A stretch of DNA of 64,000 nucleotides from the human T2T-CHM13v2.0 reference genome, Homo sapiens (GCF_009914755.1 NC_060928.1); one strand, 5' to 3'. Numbered from the stretch's first letter, positions 40,441-56,750 are shown. Numbers and translations: made by a program. Notes: a model not told the origin generated them from the letters alone.

Positions 40441-42889
40441 TCAAATGAGTCTTAAACAAATTTAAATGATAGATTAATCACAGAGGTGAAGTTAGACAGT
40501 TTTCCATTGAATCCTTACCTCTCATGGCATGTAACTGCAAGATTTGTTGATTTCTGTATTGTATGTGTGGAATGCTGGTCTGATTTTCACTTGTTTAAAA
40601 TCCAGTATTATTTGGACTGTTCATCTCCTCTATTCTTCAGGTTTTCGGAAACCTGCCCTGGGTTACTCATCCCAGACACCTCTTTTCAGCTAGGGCAGTG
40701 ACCAGAGATGGGACCTCTGGCAGTGACAGAGGAGACAAACCTTTTATTTATCCTAAAATTTTAAACTTTTTATCAATGTATAGATAAAGTAAACCTCATT
40801 CTATCAATTTTGGCAAAAAAAAAACCGAGCTTACTTAAATAGAGTACACATTTTAGGACCTCAAAACTTAAAATTACTACATTCTTAGTCCCACATAGAG
40901 GCCTACATTATAATATTGTGTTTGCAAAGTATGGCCTAGGTACCATTGGTTAAGGTAATACATAGACGAATATGGCTTTTTGTCCTTTTCAAAGATTATG
41001 TAAGTCTTTGATTTCTAGTTATACCAAGTCATCGTTTTCATTTTTAATAGTGATAGGAAGTTTCCTTTTCAAATAAATTTATGTAGATAAAGAAAACTAG
41101 TTCAATGACAAGAAAAATAATAAATAACATAGGAGGTTATCTGATGTGTCAAAAATTGTGAAGGTGACACAAGAGTGAATGAAGTTTGGGGAACACAAGG
41201 CAAGTAGGCAGAACGTGGGACTCAAAAATCAAGCCCCAGCTTGGCTACAAGTAATCAGGGTCTGAAGTAAGTTGGGCAGTTTAGTTTGGATGAATCTCAT
41301 CTGTGAAATGAGGATGGTAACATCCACCTCATAGGGTCTTAATCAAAAGAGACAGAGTATGTGATGGCACCCTGAAATCTGCCAAGTGCATTAGGAACGT
41401 TAGCTTTTATTGTTGTGACAGGTGCCGGGATGTTCAGGCGCTGATTTACAATTGCTTTTCCAGAGAGAAATTGTAGCACCGGGAACCCACGTCCCCTGCA
41501 CAGTGTACTGGGCCCTAAAACGCATCTGTTGCTTCCTGATGATCTTATCAATCTTTAGGGGAAGGAGTTTATTGATTTGTTTCCCTTAGAAGTGCTTCTG
41601 TGAATTGATCTGACCGTTTAGATGTTGCAGGCTTGCTAATGTCTCTGCCTGCGTCCCAGGCTGTGGTTGGAAATGATCCTGCTGTGGGGAAAAGGCCGGA
41701 TCATTCTGACATTCTCCAGTCTGGCCTGGCTCCTCAAGGTCTGAACAACGCCTGAGCTGATGCTTAACTCCTACAGAGTTCTGGTTGTTCAAAAACAACA
41801 CCGGTAATCTCAGAATGTGGTTCTACTCTGAGCAGTAGCTGGGCTGAGGATGGTGGGTGTTTCTATGCGTCTTTTTCATTTAAAACATCCAAAGGCACAG
41901 GGGGAGGGAGCAAAGAATGACATACACTCCCCAAATAACCACTTCTACGATTTTTTTCCAATTCAAACATAGGTTCAAGGGAGGCAGCAGAACCACTGAA
42001 TAAAGTGCATGGGGTTTTAAATCCGTGTTTCTGCTTCTTCCTGAGCAACCTCAAGCTAGTTATTCATCCCCCTACCAAAGCCCAAGTTTATACATCTGGA
42101 AAGTGAGGATATTAGTAATACCCACAAATAAAGTTTTGCTGTGAGGACTGAATGATGTAACTTATGCTCTGAGCAGTTGAGCTCTACATCTGTGCAGGGC
42201 TACACAGCAGGGTCTGGACCCATAAATTACTTTCTCCGAAAATGTTTAAGCAATTGTTAAGCCTTGGTTAAGCACAATCCATTTATCACCTGCAATAGAC
42301 GTCCCACACCCTCAGACTGAAAAGGGTTGGCATTCCTGAATCAGCCTACTGTAATACTTACCAAACGGGATGGTAACTTGGACACTGTGTCAGGGAAGAG
42401 GCACTTGGTCCTCTGCTTTTAGGAAAAAGTCTTGGCCCACAAAGAGGGAGGACCTAATGATGTAATCTTTGTCATTTGGGATCAACCTCCTAAATGCAAC
42501 CTAATATGGCTCCTTCTGGCTGTCCTACTGTTAATTATGCTCTGAGGAAGGCTGCCTGAAACAAAAGTGATGGGCAAGGAGAGGAGATGATCTGGGCCAT
42601 GGTCCAGCATCCAAAGTGGACCCCTTGGGGATCCTACCCACACCCAGAGCACCACTGAGTTCCTACTACCCCAACTTTTGGGGCCCAGGAGGCACCTGGT
42701 ACAGGTAAACATTCAGTGGTACAAGCATGTGGTTTAAAATCTGTGAAATCATTCACAATAAGCAAAAAGCTCTTAAATATTTAATCACACATGGGACTAC
42801 GCACAAATATTGCTTTGTGCACAATCAAGATCTTTATGGGGTCATGAAGAAGGTTTTATTCACTAGTGTGTGAGTGTATTGTGTATGAC

Positions 42890-43155
42890 CAGATGCAGTA
42901 GGGCAGAGTGGTCTCTAAAATCAGGCTTAGCTGAGTTCAAATCAAATTCCAGCTTTGCTATGTACCAGCTGTGGAATTTTGAGTAAGCTACTTAATCTCT
43001 TTTAAGTCCTGGTTTCTTTGTCTCTAAAATGAGGATAATCATAGTACCTTCTTATGAGGTTGTTGCCAAGATTAAATGAGATAATGCATATAAAGTGCTT
43101 AGCACAGTTTCAGCATATGGCAAAGCCTGAATAGAAGTTAACTATTATTATTATT
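42890..43155 (+). mobile_element. Near full-length MIR
   Basis: tctaaaatgaggataat...attaaatgagataatgcatataaagtgcttagcacag...tattattatt. Confidence 0.85.
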
Positions 43156-43701
43156 GGCCATCAGTGCCAGGTTTCCTTTCTCATGAGCATACAGAATGTT
43201 TCTAGACCTGATGCAAAAAGGTTGCATAATCTCCCTAATCCAGTTCTTGGGAAGGTTGTTCCCTGTTCCATTGTAACATTTTTGGAGAAATATAGATGAT
43301 GCCGGCATGTGAGTTTGAAAGAAGACACAGGTTGCATTTTAAGACATTGATTTTCGGCCTTATGACCATTGTGGTTTTTTTTATTAACCCAAGATTCTCC
43401 TGCTCAGAAAGTTTTTTCTTAGTAAAAGAAAGCCACATCTTGACGCTACCCCTGTAGTCACTTTCTCATTCATGGGACCATCTCTCAGACCTATTAGTGC
43501 TAGGGTTGACTGGGACTGGTTTTCATGTCATTCTAAATGAAAAACTTGTTCTAGGATCTCCCAGTGAATCACAAACAAATTGGGTAATTCATGTGGACAG
43601 TACCCAAGTCCATGAATATTACCCAGGGGCATAAAAACCTTAAATGAACATCTTACTAGTGGGTGTTGTGAAATAATTATGGACTTTGATGAATTATCTA
43701 A

Positions 43702-44016
<315 letters not shown>

Positions 44017-44139
44017 TAAAAAATCATTTAAATTTCTCCATCTTTGCACCTGCAGCAGCCTGGAATGTCATTCTCATACCCCAGTCCATCTGGTGAATAC
44101 TACTGAATATTCAACATTAATGTCAACTCTTCAAGGACA

Positions 44140-44610
44140 CCTCTTATGTTTGTTAAGATATTGGTTCAGTTATTTAACACAGGTTAAACAATTGCCAATG
44201 GAATACGTTTATGTATTTTACTGCACAAATCTATAGAGGGCAATAGGATGGCTCTACCCCAAGGAGTCACTCATGGCCCCAGGCAGCTTCTGTTGTGCTG
44301 CTTGGCCATCCCCCAAATCTTACCCTCATTGGTGCAGTTGAAGATGACTCATCATCCTCATGTCTACTTTCTAGCCTCCTGCAAAAAGGAAAAGAAGTAC
44401 TTCAGGGCAAGCAGCTTTCGTTCACCTAGAAGTGGCATGTATCCTTTCTGCTCAAACCCATGGCACATGGCCATGTCTAGCTTCAAGGGAAGCTGGGAAA
44501 CGTAGTCTCTATCTGAATGGCCATGTGCAAACTCCCCAAAAAACAAGGAGTTCTCTTGCTAACTGGAAGAAGAGAATGCTTATTAAGGGACAGTTAGCAA
44601 TCTCTGCCAC
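44140..44610 (-). mobile_element. MLT1J/K-like MaLR LTR
   Basis: cacatggccat..ctagcttcaagggaagctgggaaacgtagtct...gcaatctctgccaca. Confidence 0.65.
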
Positions 44611-45392
44611 ACTACTTTTTAGCATTCCAAGCACCATTAGAAATGTAGGAAGAATTTTGCTGTCTTTTTTTGTTTATTCGTTTGTTTTTGAAACCAAATA
44701 CCACGCAGCTAGCTAAAATAGGCAAATCTACAGGTTTTCATAGGAAATGGTCTTTGGGATATGTATGTTAAGTAAAAAATACAAGTATAGAAAAGATGTA
44801 TAATGTAATAACATCTGTATTTATACACACACATATGTAGAGAGAGACTGTTCTCAGAAGGATACAAAAATAACTACTACTGGTTACTTTGGGGAAACAG
44901 AGGTAAGAGAGAGATACACTTTTCACTAAATAACCTTTAAAATCTTTTTTAATTTTTAGACTGCATGTGTATATGTGTGCAATTTTTTTAAAACGTTGAA
45001 ATCGCTGAATTATTCAGACTTCTTTTTACTTATTACAAACTATTTTTTCTGCAAGGAGGTGTGAACGGCATGGAAGCTAGTCTCAACCAGTTATAGCACT
45101 GATGGTACCAAAGGACTTTCTTACCAAAGAAAAACTAACTCCAAGGCTAACATTTAGATGTGGTTCCCTCCTACTAAGCAGAAACTGTTGGAGCAACAGA
45201 ATCCTGGGTGAATAAAAAGGCATAATTATCTTAAGTCCAGAAAAATCAACTCCTCAAAGAATAGCTTGCACCTTAGGTAGCCTCCCACACGAATATCATC
45301 TATGCGTCTCAAAGGACCTACAATGAACATGAAACAACCTTTTAAATGGGTTACCATATTTCTGCAAATAAATGTATGCTGAAATTTTCATC

Positions 45393-46327
<935 letters not shown>

Positions 46328-46468
46328 ATCTTTGTGTTTGTTTGTTTCTTTTTTCCCCCATCAGTAGAGTGCTTAGAGAAAATAAAATTTAATCTTTTCA
46401 GAATTTTCTAAGAAATGACCTTTTTGTGTTTCAATGGACCTGAACAAAATTCCAGCATAAGTAGATGA

Positions 46469-46951
<483 letters not shown>

Positions 46952-47391
46952 TAGGAAAACTTTACTACAATGTGAAGCAGAGTCTATATATCTCAAGAAA
47001 TTGTTGTCCACTTTGTTTTAAATCAATATTGGAGAGCACACTTTTTCTAGCCTCAAAAAAAAGATAATTGGTTAAGAAAACAGTAATATTTTTCACTCTT
47101 CCCTCTCTGCTAATTTATGTTGCTCTGACTTAAGACTAAGATGGAGGGTGTATGTAAATTATATCTGTAAGAAATCAAAGACATTATGGAGGAAGGTAAA
47201 GGGGGTGATGGGTTTCTCGTATTATTCTCTACTTTTAAAAAAATTGAGATATGATTCACATACCATAAAATCCATCTTTTTAAAGTATATAATTCAGTGG
47301 ACTTTTGAATATTGACGAAGTTGTGCTGCCATCACCACTATGTAATTCCAGAACGTTCTCATCACCCTCTCTGGCTTTTAACATTTGCTTA

Positions 47392-47778
<387 letters not shown>

Positions 47779-48904
47779 CTAGTGACTCTTCTGGACCCTG
47801 GGAGCCCCAGGCGATGGGACTTTGGGGTCAAGGGACTTGTGTTTGGAGCTCATCTCTAGTACATACCAGCTTTGGGGGCTTGAGCAAGTTGCTCAGCTTT
47901 TCCATCACTTGGATTTCTTTTCATAACAATACCATCTACCCCAGAAGTCTTGAAACCCTATACAGATAACAAAGGCAAAACAGCTAGCCGAGTATCTAAC
48001 ACATAGCAAATACTCCAGAAAGCACAATATCTTAAGTTTCAAACAAGTCAGGTTTACATTCCTCCTTTGTCCAAGGTGGCCATGCCACTGGGGCTGTAAA
48101 GAAATTAGGTTTTGCACCCAGGCTCTTCCTGTTCTGGAAATCATCGCTTAAATCATCTGAGAAGTCATATAGCAAGTAGTCATCCACTATGTTCCCTAAT
48201 GAAATTATATCCAGGTAAGAGGCCTTTATTCCCCTTGATGTCTGACTTTCCCCAGAGGGAGGTCTTTGACATCAAACACATGGCTAAAGTAACATTATTG
48301 TTCAATCACTTGGCCTTGGGGTAATCCAACAAACCCAATAGCTTCAAGTTCAGACAAAAAGTAAAGTAAGCGACAGCTAGGTAACTAAGGAATTCCTTTC
48401 ATGTTTTTTTAAAACACCTTTTTAACATATTGATTAAAAGGCTGAGCTTTAGACTGAGTCTTGCTTTGCCATTATTAATGATATGACCTTGGGTAAGAGT
48501 CAATGGATTTGAATCTCGATAGTGTGGTGCACGCAGCACAGTGCCCAGTCCATATAAATCCTCCATAAACAGTAACAGGGTGCTCCAGTCCTGCTGAATC
48601 ACCTCCTGCTCCTCCGAATCACCTCCTGCTCTCCCCGGCTTTCTTACTGTCACCTCCACATCCAGCCAGTGGCCTATAAAACCCTGGAACTTTCTTTGTG
48701 CAACTTGGAGGGCTTGTTTTATTTTCTTTTGTCCCTTGAAGGAGCATGAGATAGGTTTAAAACTTCTCTAAGATTGCTTCCACCTATGAAGTAAAATGAT
48801 TACATGCTCTGATCCTGAAGAAATGTTCTTAGAATCAAAGCTTCACAGAGACACGGAACACCCTGTTCTCATCAGCTAGCTAGGAGCCAGGAATGACATC
48901 CAAT

Positions 48905-49757
48905 CCTAGTTTTTTGTGTGGATGCCATAGACTCCATGGCAGCCTGGTGACATCCAAGAATCCCTTCTCAAGATAATGTTTTAAAGTATAAACAATAAGG
49001 AGCATCTCCCCCGGAGGGCAAGGCTGGGGAGATGTTGGTTAAAGGATACAATGTTTCAGTTAGGTGAAAGGAATAGTTTAAGAAATCTATCGTACAACAT
49101 GGTGACTATAGTTAATAATAATGTATTGTTTTCTTGAAAGTCACTTAGAGGGTGGATTTTAAGTGTTCTCACCACAAACACACAAAAATAGTAAGTAGGT
49201 GAAGTGATGTATATGTTAATTAGCTCAATTTAGCCATTCCGCAGTGAATACATATTTCAAAACATGTTGTACACAATAAATATATGTAATTTTTGTCAAA
49301 TAAAGATAATTTTTAAAATTGCTTAATAAATAAATAAAATTTTTTAAAGGAAAGATAATCTTTAAAAGTACATAGGATTACAACAGAAGCCAATGGAAAC
49401 AAAGTTATAAAAAATGGTTTAAAACAAATTTGTGCTGTAGTAGCTTATGTGCTTCTTCAGTAATGCATTAAATAACAAGATATAATGTCTGATCTAGTAT
49501 ATATCATAATTTCAAACTTAGGATGAATACAAATGATCTATCAAGATAGCTTCAAAAACTCCATTGTGAAATGAAAATATCTGTGATTTCCACTGGCTAC
49601 AAAGTCACAGGTACTGATAATTACTACTGTGGCTACGTTGCCCACATTCATCACTGAAGAAAATGCTGCATTTCAGGTAGAAGTTAGTGAAAGTATATAT
49701 GTATTTTTCCCTTTCTCCCTTGAATTCTATCCATGAACCCAGGGTTGAGAACCCCTG
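48905..49757. mobile_element. hAT-Charlie DNA transposon remnant with a nested L1MA 3' fragment (~49020-49330)
   Basis: Terminus gggttgagaacccctg; the nested part has ggtgactatagttaataataatgtattg and taagtgttctcaccac. Confidence 0.65.
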
Positions 49758-50404
49758 CATTAAGCCAAGACTAACACAATTCAAAATATCTACCATGGCG
49801 ATGGGGACATGGTCATGGACTGTTTTCAGATAATCCTGCCTGTTGATCTAATGAGGTCACAGGTCTTTGCACTGTGTTTTGCCTTCCTTCCAATATGGAA
49901 ATGGTGTAAGGTAAAGACATTTAGTCATTATTTATCCACACAGATTTGTAAACAGCCACTCTGGAATGAGGGCTGGAAAATGAAGGATTCAGGTGGGCTT
50001 TTGTCATTTGTGCCATCCGTTACGATGGTGATGAATGAGCTTAGAGGCTGACATCCTTTCCTGTCCACCAACTGACGTTCTGCACTTCATAAATGTAACT
50101 GTTTTTTCCCTTCCACATTCCATGCCCCTGGCTACTTCTTGTCTTGTTCACTTACCAGAAAAAGACCGGGAGCTGTAAATATGTTGCCTTGCAGAAAACA
50201 TTCTCCCTCCTCCTGGGGATTGCAAAGCCTTTCAGGCCTTGGGCTTCCTTCTGAGTCTGGCTGGGATTCCATCCCAACACTGCTCTCCTGTTGCCCTTTC
50301 TAGCCTTCACCTGCCTCCGGAGTCTCTTGCAAAATCTCCTCCAGGGTCCAATAGTGTGTAACCTTGTGGCCTAAAATGAATTCTTCCTCTTGGAAGGCTC
50401 TAAA

Positions 50405-50660
50405 GAGCAGTGGTTAAGAAGAAACACACACTCCAGAGACCAGCCAGCCAGGGCTGGAATCCATTCCTGTTGCAAACCTACTAACTTTGTAACCCTAAGC
50501 ATATTACCCAGCTCCTCAATGCCTCAGTTTCCTCACAAGAAAAAAAAATGGAAATGGCACTTTATCTCACAGGGTAGTCATGAGGACTAAACACATTAAA
50601 GCTTGTAAGTTTAAAATAGAGCCTGGCATACAGTAGGCACTCAATAAATGTTAGGTGTTT
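50405..50660 (+). mobile_element. MIR SINE
   Basis: gcctcagtttcctca...gcctggcatacagtaggcactcaataaatgttag. Confidence 0.8.
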
Positions 50661-52194
50661 CTTGTCAGCCCCTGACTGATTTTAGTCTGTTCCTGTCCAC
50701 CCTCAGCAAAGTTCTCGAATTCCAACCTTTGAACAGTCACTCACACTCTATGTTCCTGGACAGTTGATTAAATGACAACTGAGGGCTCTTTTTAATTTTC
50801 TAAGGCCTGAGCTGGACAGATCAAGAAAGGATCTAGAAGTTACAGCGTGATCAAGAGCAGCAGCAACCAGCAACAGCATCATGATAATCATATCTGACAT
50901 TTGCTGAAAACTTATACTATATTAGATGCTTACTGTATATTATATTTAATCCTCTCAACAATCCCATACTCTACATAATTACTCACAGTTTTGGTTGATA
51001 AATCAGACACAGAGGGATTAAGTTATTTGCTCCACCAGGTGACACAGTTCCCTTCTCTGAATTGAGGACTATCTCTAACCATAGGCTGTCTTCCTAAGGA
51101 TATGCAGTGGTCCCAGAGACGCATCTGGAGTGAGTTACGGACAGCTACTATTTGCTGTGTTGTCTACTTCCCTCTACAACCACTCTCTGATTCTCTGCAC
51201 TCCACCATTTTGAAGGAGACTTGGCTTAGGGGTGGCTCTCTGGCATCGGCTCTGAAGCTTTTGTGAAGTCACATGTGGTCCCAGAGTTGCCAGGAAAAAG
51301 GATGCCTTGATAAGCCAAAATGCAAATTTCTTAGGAGAGGAAAAGTGAAAGTGAGCTTGTTCACACTGTGCAGGGTTCCAAGGAAATGACACAATGTGAG
51401 AGACAGAGTGTCCTGCCACTAAGGCTCCATCATATTACAGGGATATTATTTTGCATTTCATCATAAACTTGCCTCCCAACAGTTTGCTTCTTTGATCAGT
51501 AAGAGAAGCAGAGATGACCCAAATTAAAACGAAGGTGGTATTCAAAATACTAGAGCTAGAGCTGGGTGCCTCCAGACATTTACAATGTAGTCCTCTGGGA
51601 AGCTGGGATGGAGGTGGGGGGGCATGGTTGTCTCACCAATCCCCAGAGTTTCCCTTGTCCTGGAGACAAGTCACTCAAAGTTGCTCAAGACCAGGAGAAA
51701 GAAATTTGGTGACCCTCATCAGTTTATTCACATCTGAAAGGACTTCTAGGGCCTTCTCTGGGGTTTCCAAAGAAACCCTGTGGCTATTTGTTTTTCCTCT
51801 TCTTTCTCTATCCCTCTTCTTCCTCTCTCCACTCATTGCTTTCTTTTTCTCCATTGGTCTTGCCTTTTCCAGAATGCCTGTCCACTAGCCTGCCCAAAAG
51901 CTTACAGGGACTTACCTCGTGGGCTTCCATGACTATAGGAAGGTGAACTTTCCTGTGTCCAGGCCCAGGACCTTGATTGCTCTTTTTGCCAATAAATTAT
52001 TGTTTTTGTGGTCTGCCTGTCTCAGATCTTCTAAGTTATATTTACAACCAAAGACTACAACCCAAGAGTTCCGGGAATTGCTGGCATATTAAACTAGCAC
52101 AATTAGTGGCACTCTTTATAAACAATGTTGTCTTGGAGACTTTACTGAGGGGCATTTAGAGACAGATTTTTTTAAAAGAATATTTTAAAGCCTT

Positions 52195-52384
52195 TTATTT
52201 TACTCTTTTTTTTTTTTCAGACAGTGTCTCTCTCTGTCACCTAGGCTGGAATGCGGTGGCATGTTCATAGCTCATTGCAACCTCAGCTGTTGGGCTCAAG
52301 CAATCATCCCACCTTAGCCTCTCAAGTAGCCAGGACTATAGGCATGTGCCACCACACCTGGCTAATTTTTCTTTCCTTTTTTTC

Positions 52385-52417
<33 letters not shown>

Positions 52418-52513
52418 TGCTTAGGCAGGTTTCCAGCTCCTGCCTTCAAGCGATCCTCCTGCCTTGGCATCCCAAAGGATTGGGATTACAGGCATGAGCC
52501 ACCACGCCTGGCC
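52195..52513 (-). mobile_element. AluJ-like element with a T-rich expanded linker and an internal deletion
   Basis: Antisense Alu arms. Confidence 0.88.
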
Positions 52514-52962
52514 CTAAAATCCTTCTAGAAAGATGATTCAAAGTTTGATATGATGCAAATATTTGAGATTTCTGAATCAAACTGCCTGATCAAATGCAAG
52601 CCACATTTGGATGCTTTTGGCAAGAAGCCCTGATAAATTTAAACCAGATCAGCTGCTAATCCTTAAATCAGAGAAGGCAAACTGTGGCCTCCCTTCAAAT
52701 GAGGAGAACTGAATTATGTGTTGATTATGCCCAGCCAGAGGGGTATAAAGGTAAGTACCAGAAGTTTACACAGGGATTCTGCTTGGAGAAAGTGGCGCAG
52801 TCAAAGGGTCCAAGGAGGAGGCACGATTCCATTTTGGGGCCGTAGTGAGGACCCCTTCCCTCCAAAAGAGATCACTAAGGCTGCCAGAATTCTTCCCCTC
52901 ACCTGTTCCCAAGGTAGTCCCAGTTCTGGAATTTTCTGGTTTGCATTTCTTACAGGGTAGTT

Positions 52963-53124
52963 TAGTGGTTCCTATAACCTCTAGAACTTAAAGCACATTG
53001 CTGGACCCCACCCCCAGAGTTTCTGATTCAGTAGGTCCAAGGTGGGTCCCAAGAATTTGTGTCTAGCAAATCCCCAGGTGATACTGATGCTGCTGGTGCA
53101 GGAGCCACACTTTGAGAACCATTG
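52963..53124. mobile_element. MER5A hAT MITE
   Basis: ccccagagtttctgattcagtaggt...ccccaggtgatactgatgctgctggt...ccacactttgagaacca. Confidence 0.88.
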
Positions 53125-53854
53125 GTATTGTTAAATGTCGCAGGTTCTTGAATGAGATTTTCTCATTTCAATGGCTGGCCCCATCACTCATAAACCAGGG
53201 GTGCTTCAGCAGGTTAAGTTTCTGTTGCCTCCATTCCCTCACCTATTTAAAATAAAACAGAGGATAGGAATTGTACCTGCTTCATGGTCTTGTTTTGAAG
53301 GATAGATGAGAAAATGCATGGAAGGCACACCCTGTTCCATATAGCACCTGATCACCTGCCCACATGGAGCTTGTCGGGTGTCCTGGGGTGTCAGCACTCT
53401 GCAGGGTTTGGGGGAGCTGGACAGCCTGGACCTTGCCGGATATCACTGGTCTTGAAGGCACCTGCACACAGAATCCACACTGTCGTTTTAAGTCCACCTC
53501 AAAGACCTGAATTCAAATCCTGCCTTGGCTGCCACTTAGTCCACATATCCACATCCAGATGTGAACACTTTTATCAATGCCCTGGTGTGCTTCTGGGGGA
53601 CAGAAAAGCATGGACAAGAAGCCTCCCTGCTCTCTCAAGCACTAAATTTTATATTTGGCTGAATTTGGCTGCATGGGTTTAGATGTCCCAACCCACCTGG
53701 ATTTCCAGAGCCCAGTGAGGTTCTTGCTATTTTTTAGCACAATTTCCTTTATCTTCCCTTATCCTTTTAAAAAAAAACTTAAAAAAAAAAAAACAATGAC
53801 CAACCAAAAAAAAAAAAAAAAAAAAAGAATCAAGAAAAAGAAGAGTTCAATTGC

Positions 53855-55579
53855 TAGACTTGCTTTTTGTTTTTATTATCAACAATCAAGTTAATGGTAC
53901 ACTCTTGGAAAACTATATGCACATGTAGAAATATTTCCCTTTTAAATAGAAGCATTCATTATAACACATATAAATAAATTCAAAAATCTGAAACATAACT
54001 TATGACAATTATGTTCACAAACATAGTCCAACAGGAAAAAAAAAGAAATCAGACAGACATGCACCTGATAACAAAAATATATACCATTGTCTGAACCGTG
54101 GCCTCTCTAAACACAAAAGATTGAACCCGTGAGAACCTTATTACACCATAAAGACACGCCATAGAGACTACAAGAAGAGAAAAACATTATACGGTCACGT
54201 AGAGGAGACAGTCTGCACTGATATTAACACGATACAATTGAGTCACAGAACACAGTTGTAGAAAGACACCGAAAAAGTTAAAGCCTCAACATTCAACTAA
54301 TATCTAGAGTTTGTGCCTTTTAAAATAAAAACAACAACAAAGAATCAAAACAGAGATGTCTAAACTGCGCGAAGAATGGAACCCTCAATATACAGTCCAT
54401 CCACCATACAGGATGTGAGTCCAGTTCGGATCATTCCAACAGAAATGCAAACCGAGACACCCCTGCAAACGTGTGTGTGTGCCTTTTCCTTGCTCGGTAG
54501 ATTTCTCTGCAGCCAGTTACGTGGACTGCAATTGACCCCAATCCAAAGCAGTGCCAAAAAGTTCAGTAAAAGCTGGTGGAAGAAGAAAATGCCGACGGGG
54601 TAGGCGGGAGCGAGGGGGAAAAAAAGAGTTGCGAAACATGAGACACATTTTGCAGAGTTTGCAGATGAAAAGGCATCTCATGGATAGGGCATCTTTCAGG
54701 GCCGAACGGCTGCAAAGATTCGGGGTTGGGAGTTGCAACTGTGTGGGGTTCCGATGCGCTAATGGCGGGATGGTGTTCAGCGAGGTGGGACAGGCAAGGG
54801 GGTGCGAGAAAGTCACTCCGGCCGCCGGGACAGTCTGAGCAAGTCGTCGCCGCAGTGACCCGAACCCAAGGACACGATAGGAAGGGGGGCTGGAACGGCG
54901 TCCCTACTCTTCCCTGAAGAAGAGCCCCAAGAGAATCCGTGCTGTTAGGAGGGAGCGGATTTAGGGGTTCACAAGATCGAGCCTTCAGCTCCAGCTGCAG
55001 CTTCTCCCCTAGCCCCTCCTTTAATTTGTCTTTTTTTTCCTTATGTTTTTTAAACCTTTCTGGGTTGTTGGCTTTTTGTTTTTTAATGGTTTCTGCCTTC
55101 CAACTTTTTTGTTTTTATTTTTACTTTTTTGTCTTTTTTTTCTAAACAAGTCACTAAGTTGGTTGAGGCCCCCCATCTCTTCCTGTCACCTGCTTGGGCC
55201 ACAGACACACATTCCCCGAGACAGACACAAACTGACACGCAGACACAGCCCCCTGAGAGTGCCCCGCGTCCAGGCCGCGCTGCTCACAACCCCCGATCAG
55301 CAGGCGGAGCCCTGGCCCCGCTGCGAGGCCCCAGGCAGGTGCGAAGCCAGGGAAGTTTGTTTGTTTTGTTTGGGGGTTGAGGAAGGGGGTAGGAGTGGGG
55401 TTGAAATGAGGGCGACGCCGTTTTCCCTTTATTCTTAGCGCGATTACTTTAGGCCCTCAATGAAAAAGCCATGGCAGCAGCGACGACAATAGCCTTGGGC
55501 CTACCCGCTCGCCCACTCGCCCGCCCGGGCCCTGGCTCGCCCGCTGTCGCCGCCGCCGCCGCCGCCGCAGGATTCCAGA
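53855..55579 (-). other. PHOX2B: PHOX2B 3'UTR (~1.7 kb)
   Basis: Between the stop codon and the distal AATAAA; two miR-204/211 8mer sites (AAAGGGAA at 55423-55430 and 53935-53942); AUUUA elements near 53943-53979. Confidence 0.85.
53872..53877 (-). terminator. PHOX2B: Distal poly(A) signal of PHOX2B
   Basis: AATAAA on the - strand followed by very U-rich downstream elements (53765-53842). Confidence 0.85.
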
Positions 55580-56182
<603 letters not shown>

Positions 56183-56641
56183 CTACTTCGGCTTGTTTTA
56201 ACACCCTCCTCCCCATGCGCTGTGATCACCCCCGCGCGCACATCCACCAAGTCTACCGCTTCTTATTGCTGTGCATTTTCGGAGAAACTTTCTTAGGGGG
56301 AGTGAGCACGCCAGGGACATGAAGGCTTGCGGCAGAGTTTAAAAAGCCGCAGGTCCCAGAAAGACCCGAAAAGGGAAGGCCTTATTTTGGTGGGCCTCTG
56401 TTCAGTCGGCTTCTTGAGCAAGCCCCGAGCTCGCCATTCACCCCTAAGCCTAAGTTCTAAAGTTAAACTCTAATTGGTAGAAGGAAAAGGGATCCTCTCT
56501 GGGTTTGCTCCGCTGCCCATCCCCGGCCTTTGAGCCTGGAAGAGCGTGCGATGGTGCGCACCGCTTCTCGGTCGGGGGCTCACCCAGAGAGGCGCTGTGG
56601 CCAACTCGTGAGCGCACCTGTGTTTAACAGGTTGGAGTAAG

Positions 56642-56750
56642 TCATGGTTCTTGACCTTCATGAAGTCACAGACCCTTTGCAAATCTGATGCAAGTCACAG
56701 TTTCCGGGAAAATGAACCTATATGCCATGGGGCCAGGTTAAAAGCACTTG
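56642..56750. mobile_element. Possible degenerate hAT MITE in PHOX2B intron 2
   Basis: tggttcttgacctt...gtcacagacccttt..aatctgatg...ccaggttaa resembles Charlie-type MITEs. Confidence 0.45.

Noticed and set aside
48596-48631. Direct repeat gaatcacctcctgctc (20-bp period) and similar two-copy repeats
   Set aside because: Two-copy slippage duplications; no spacer array, not CRISPR-like, and the DNA is eukaryotic
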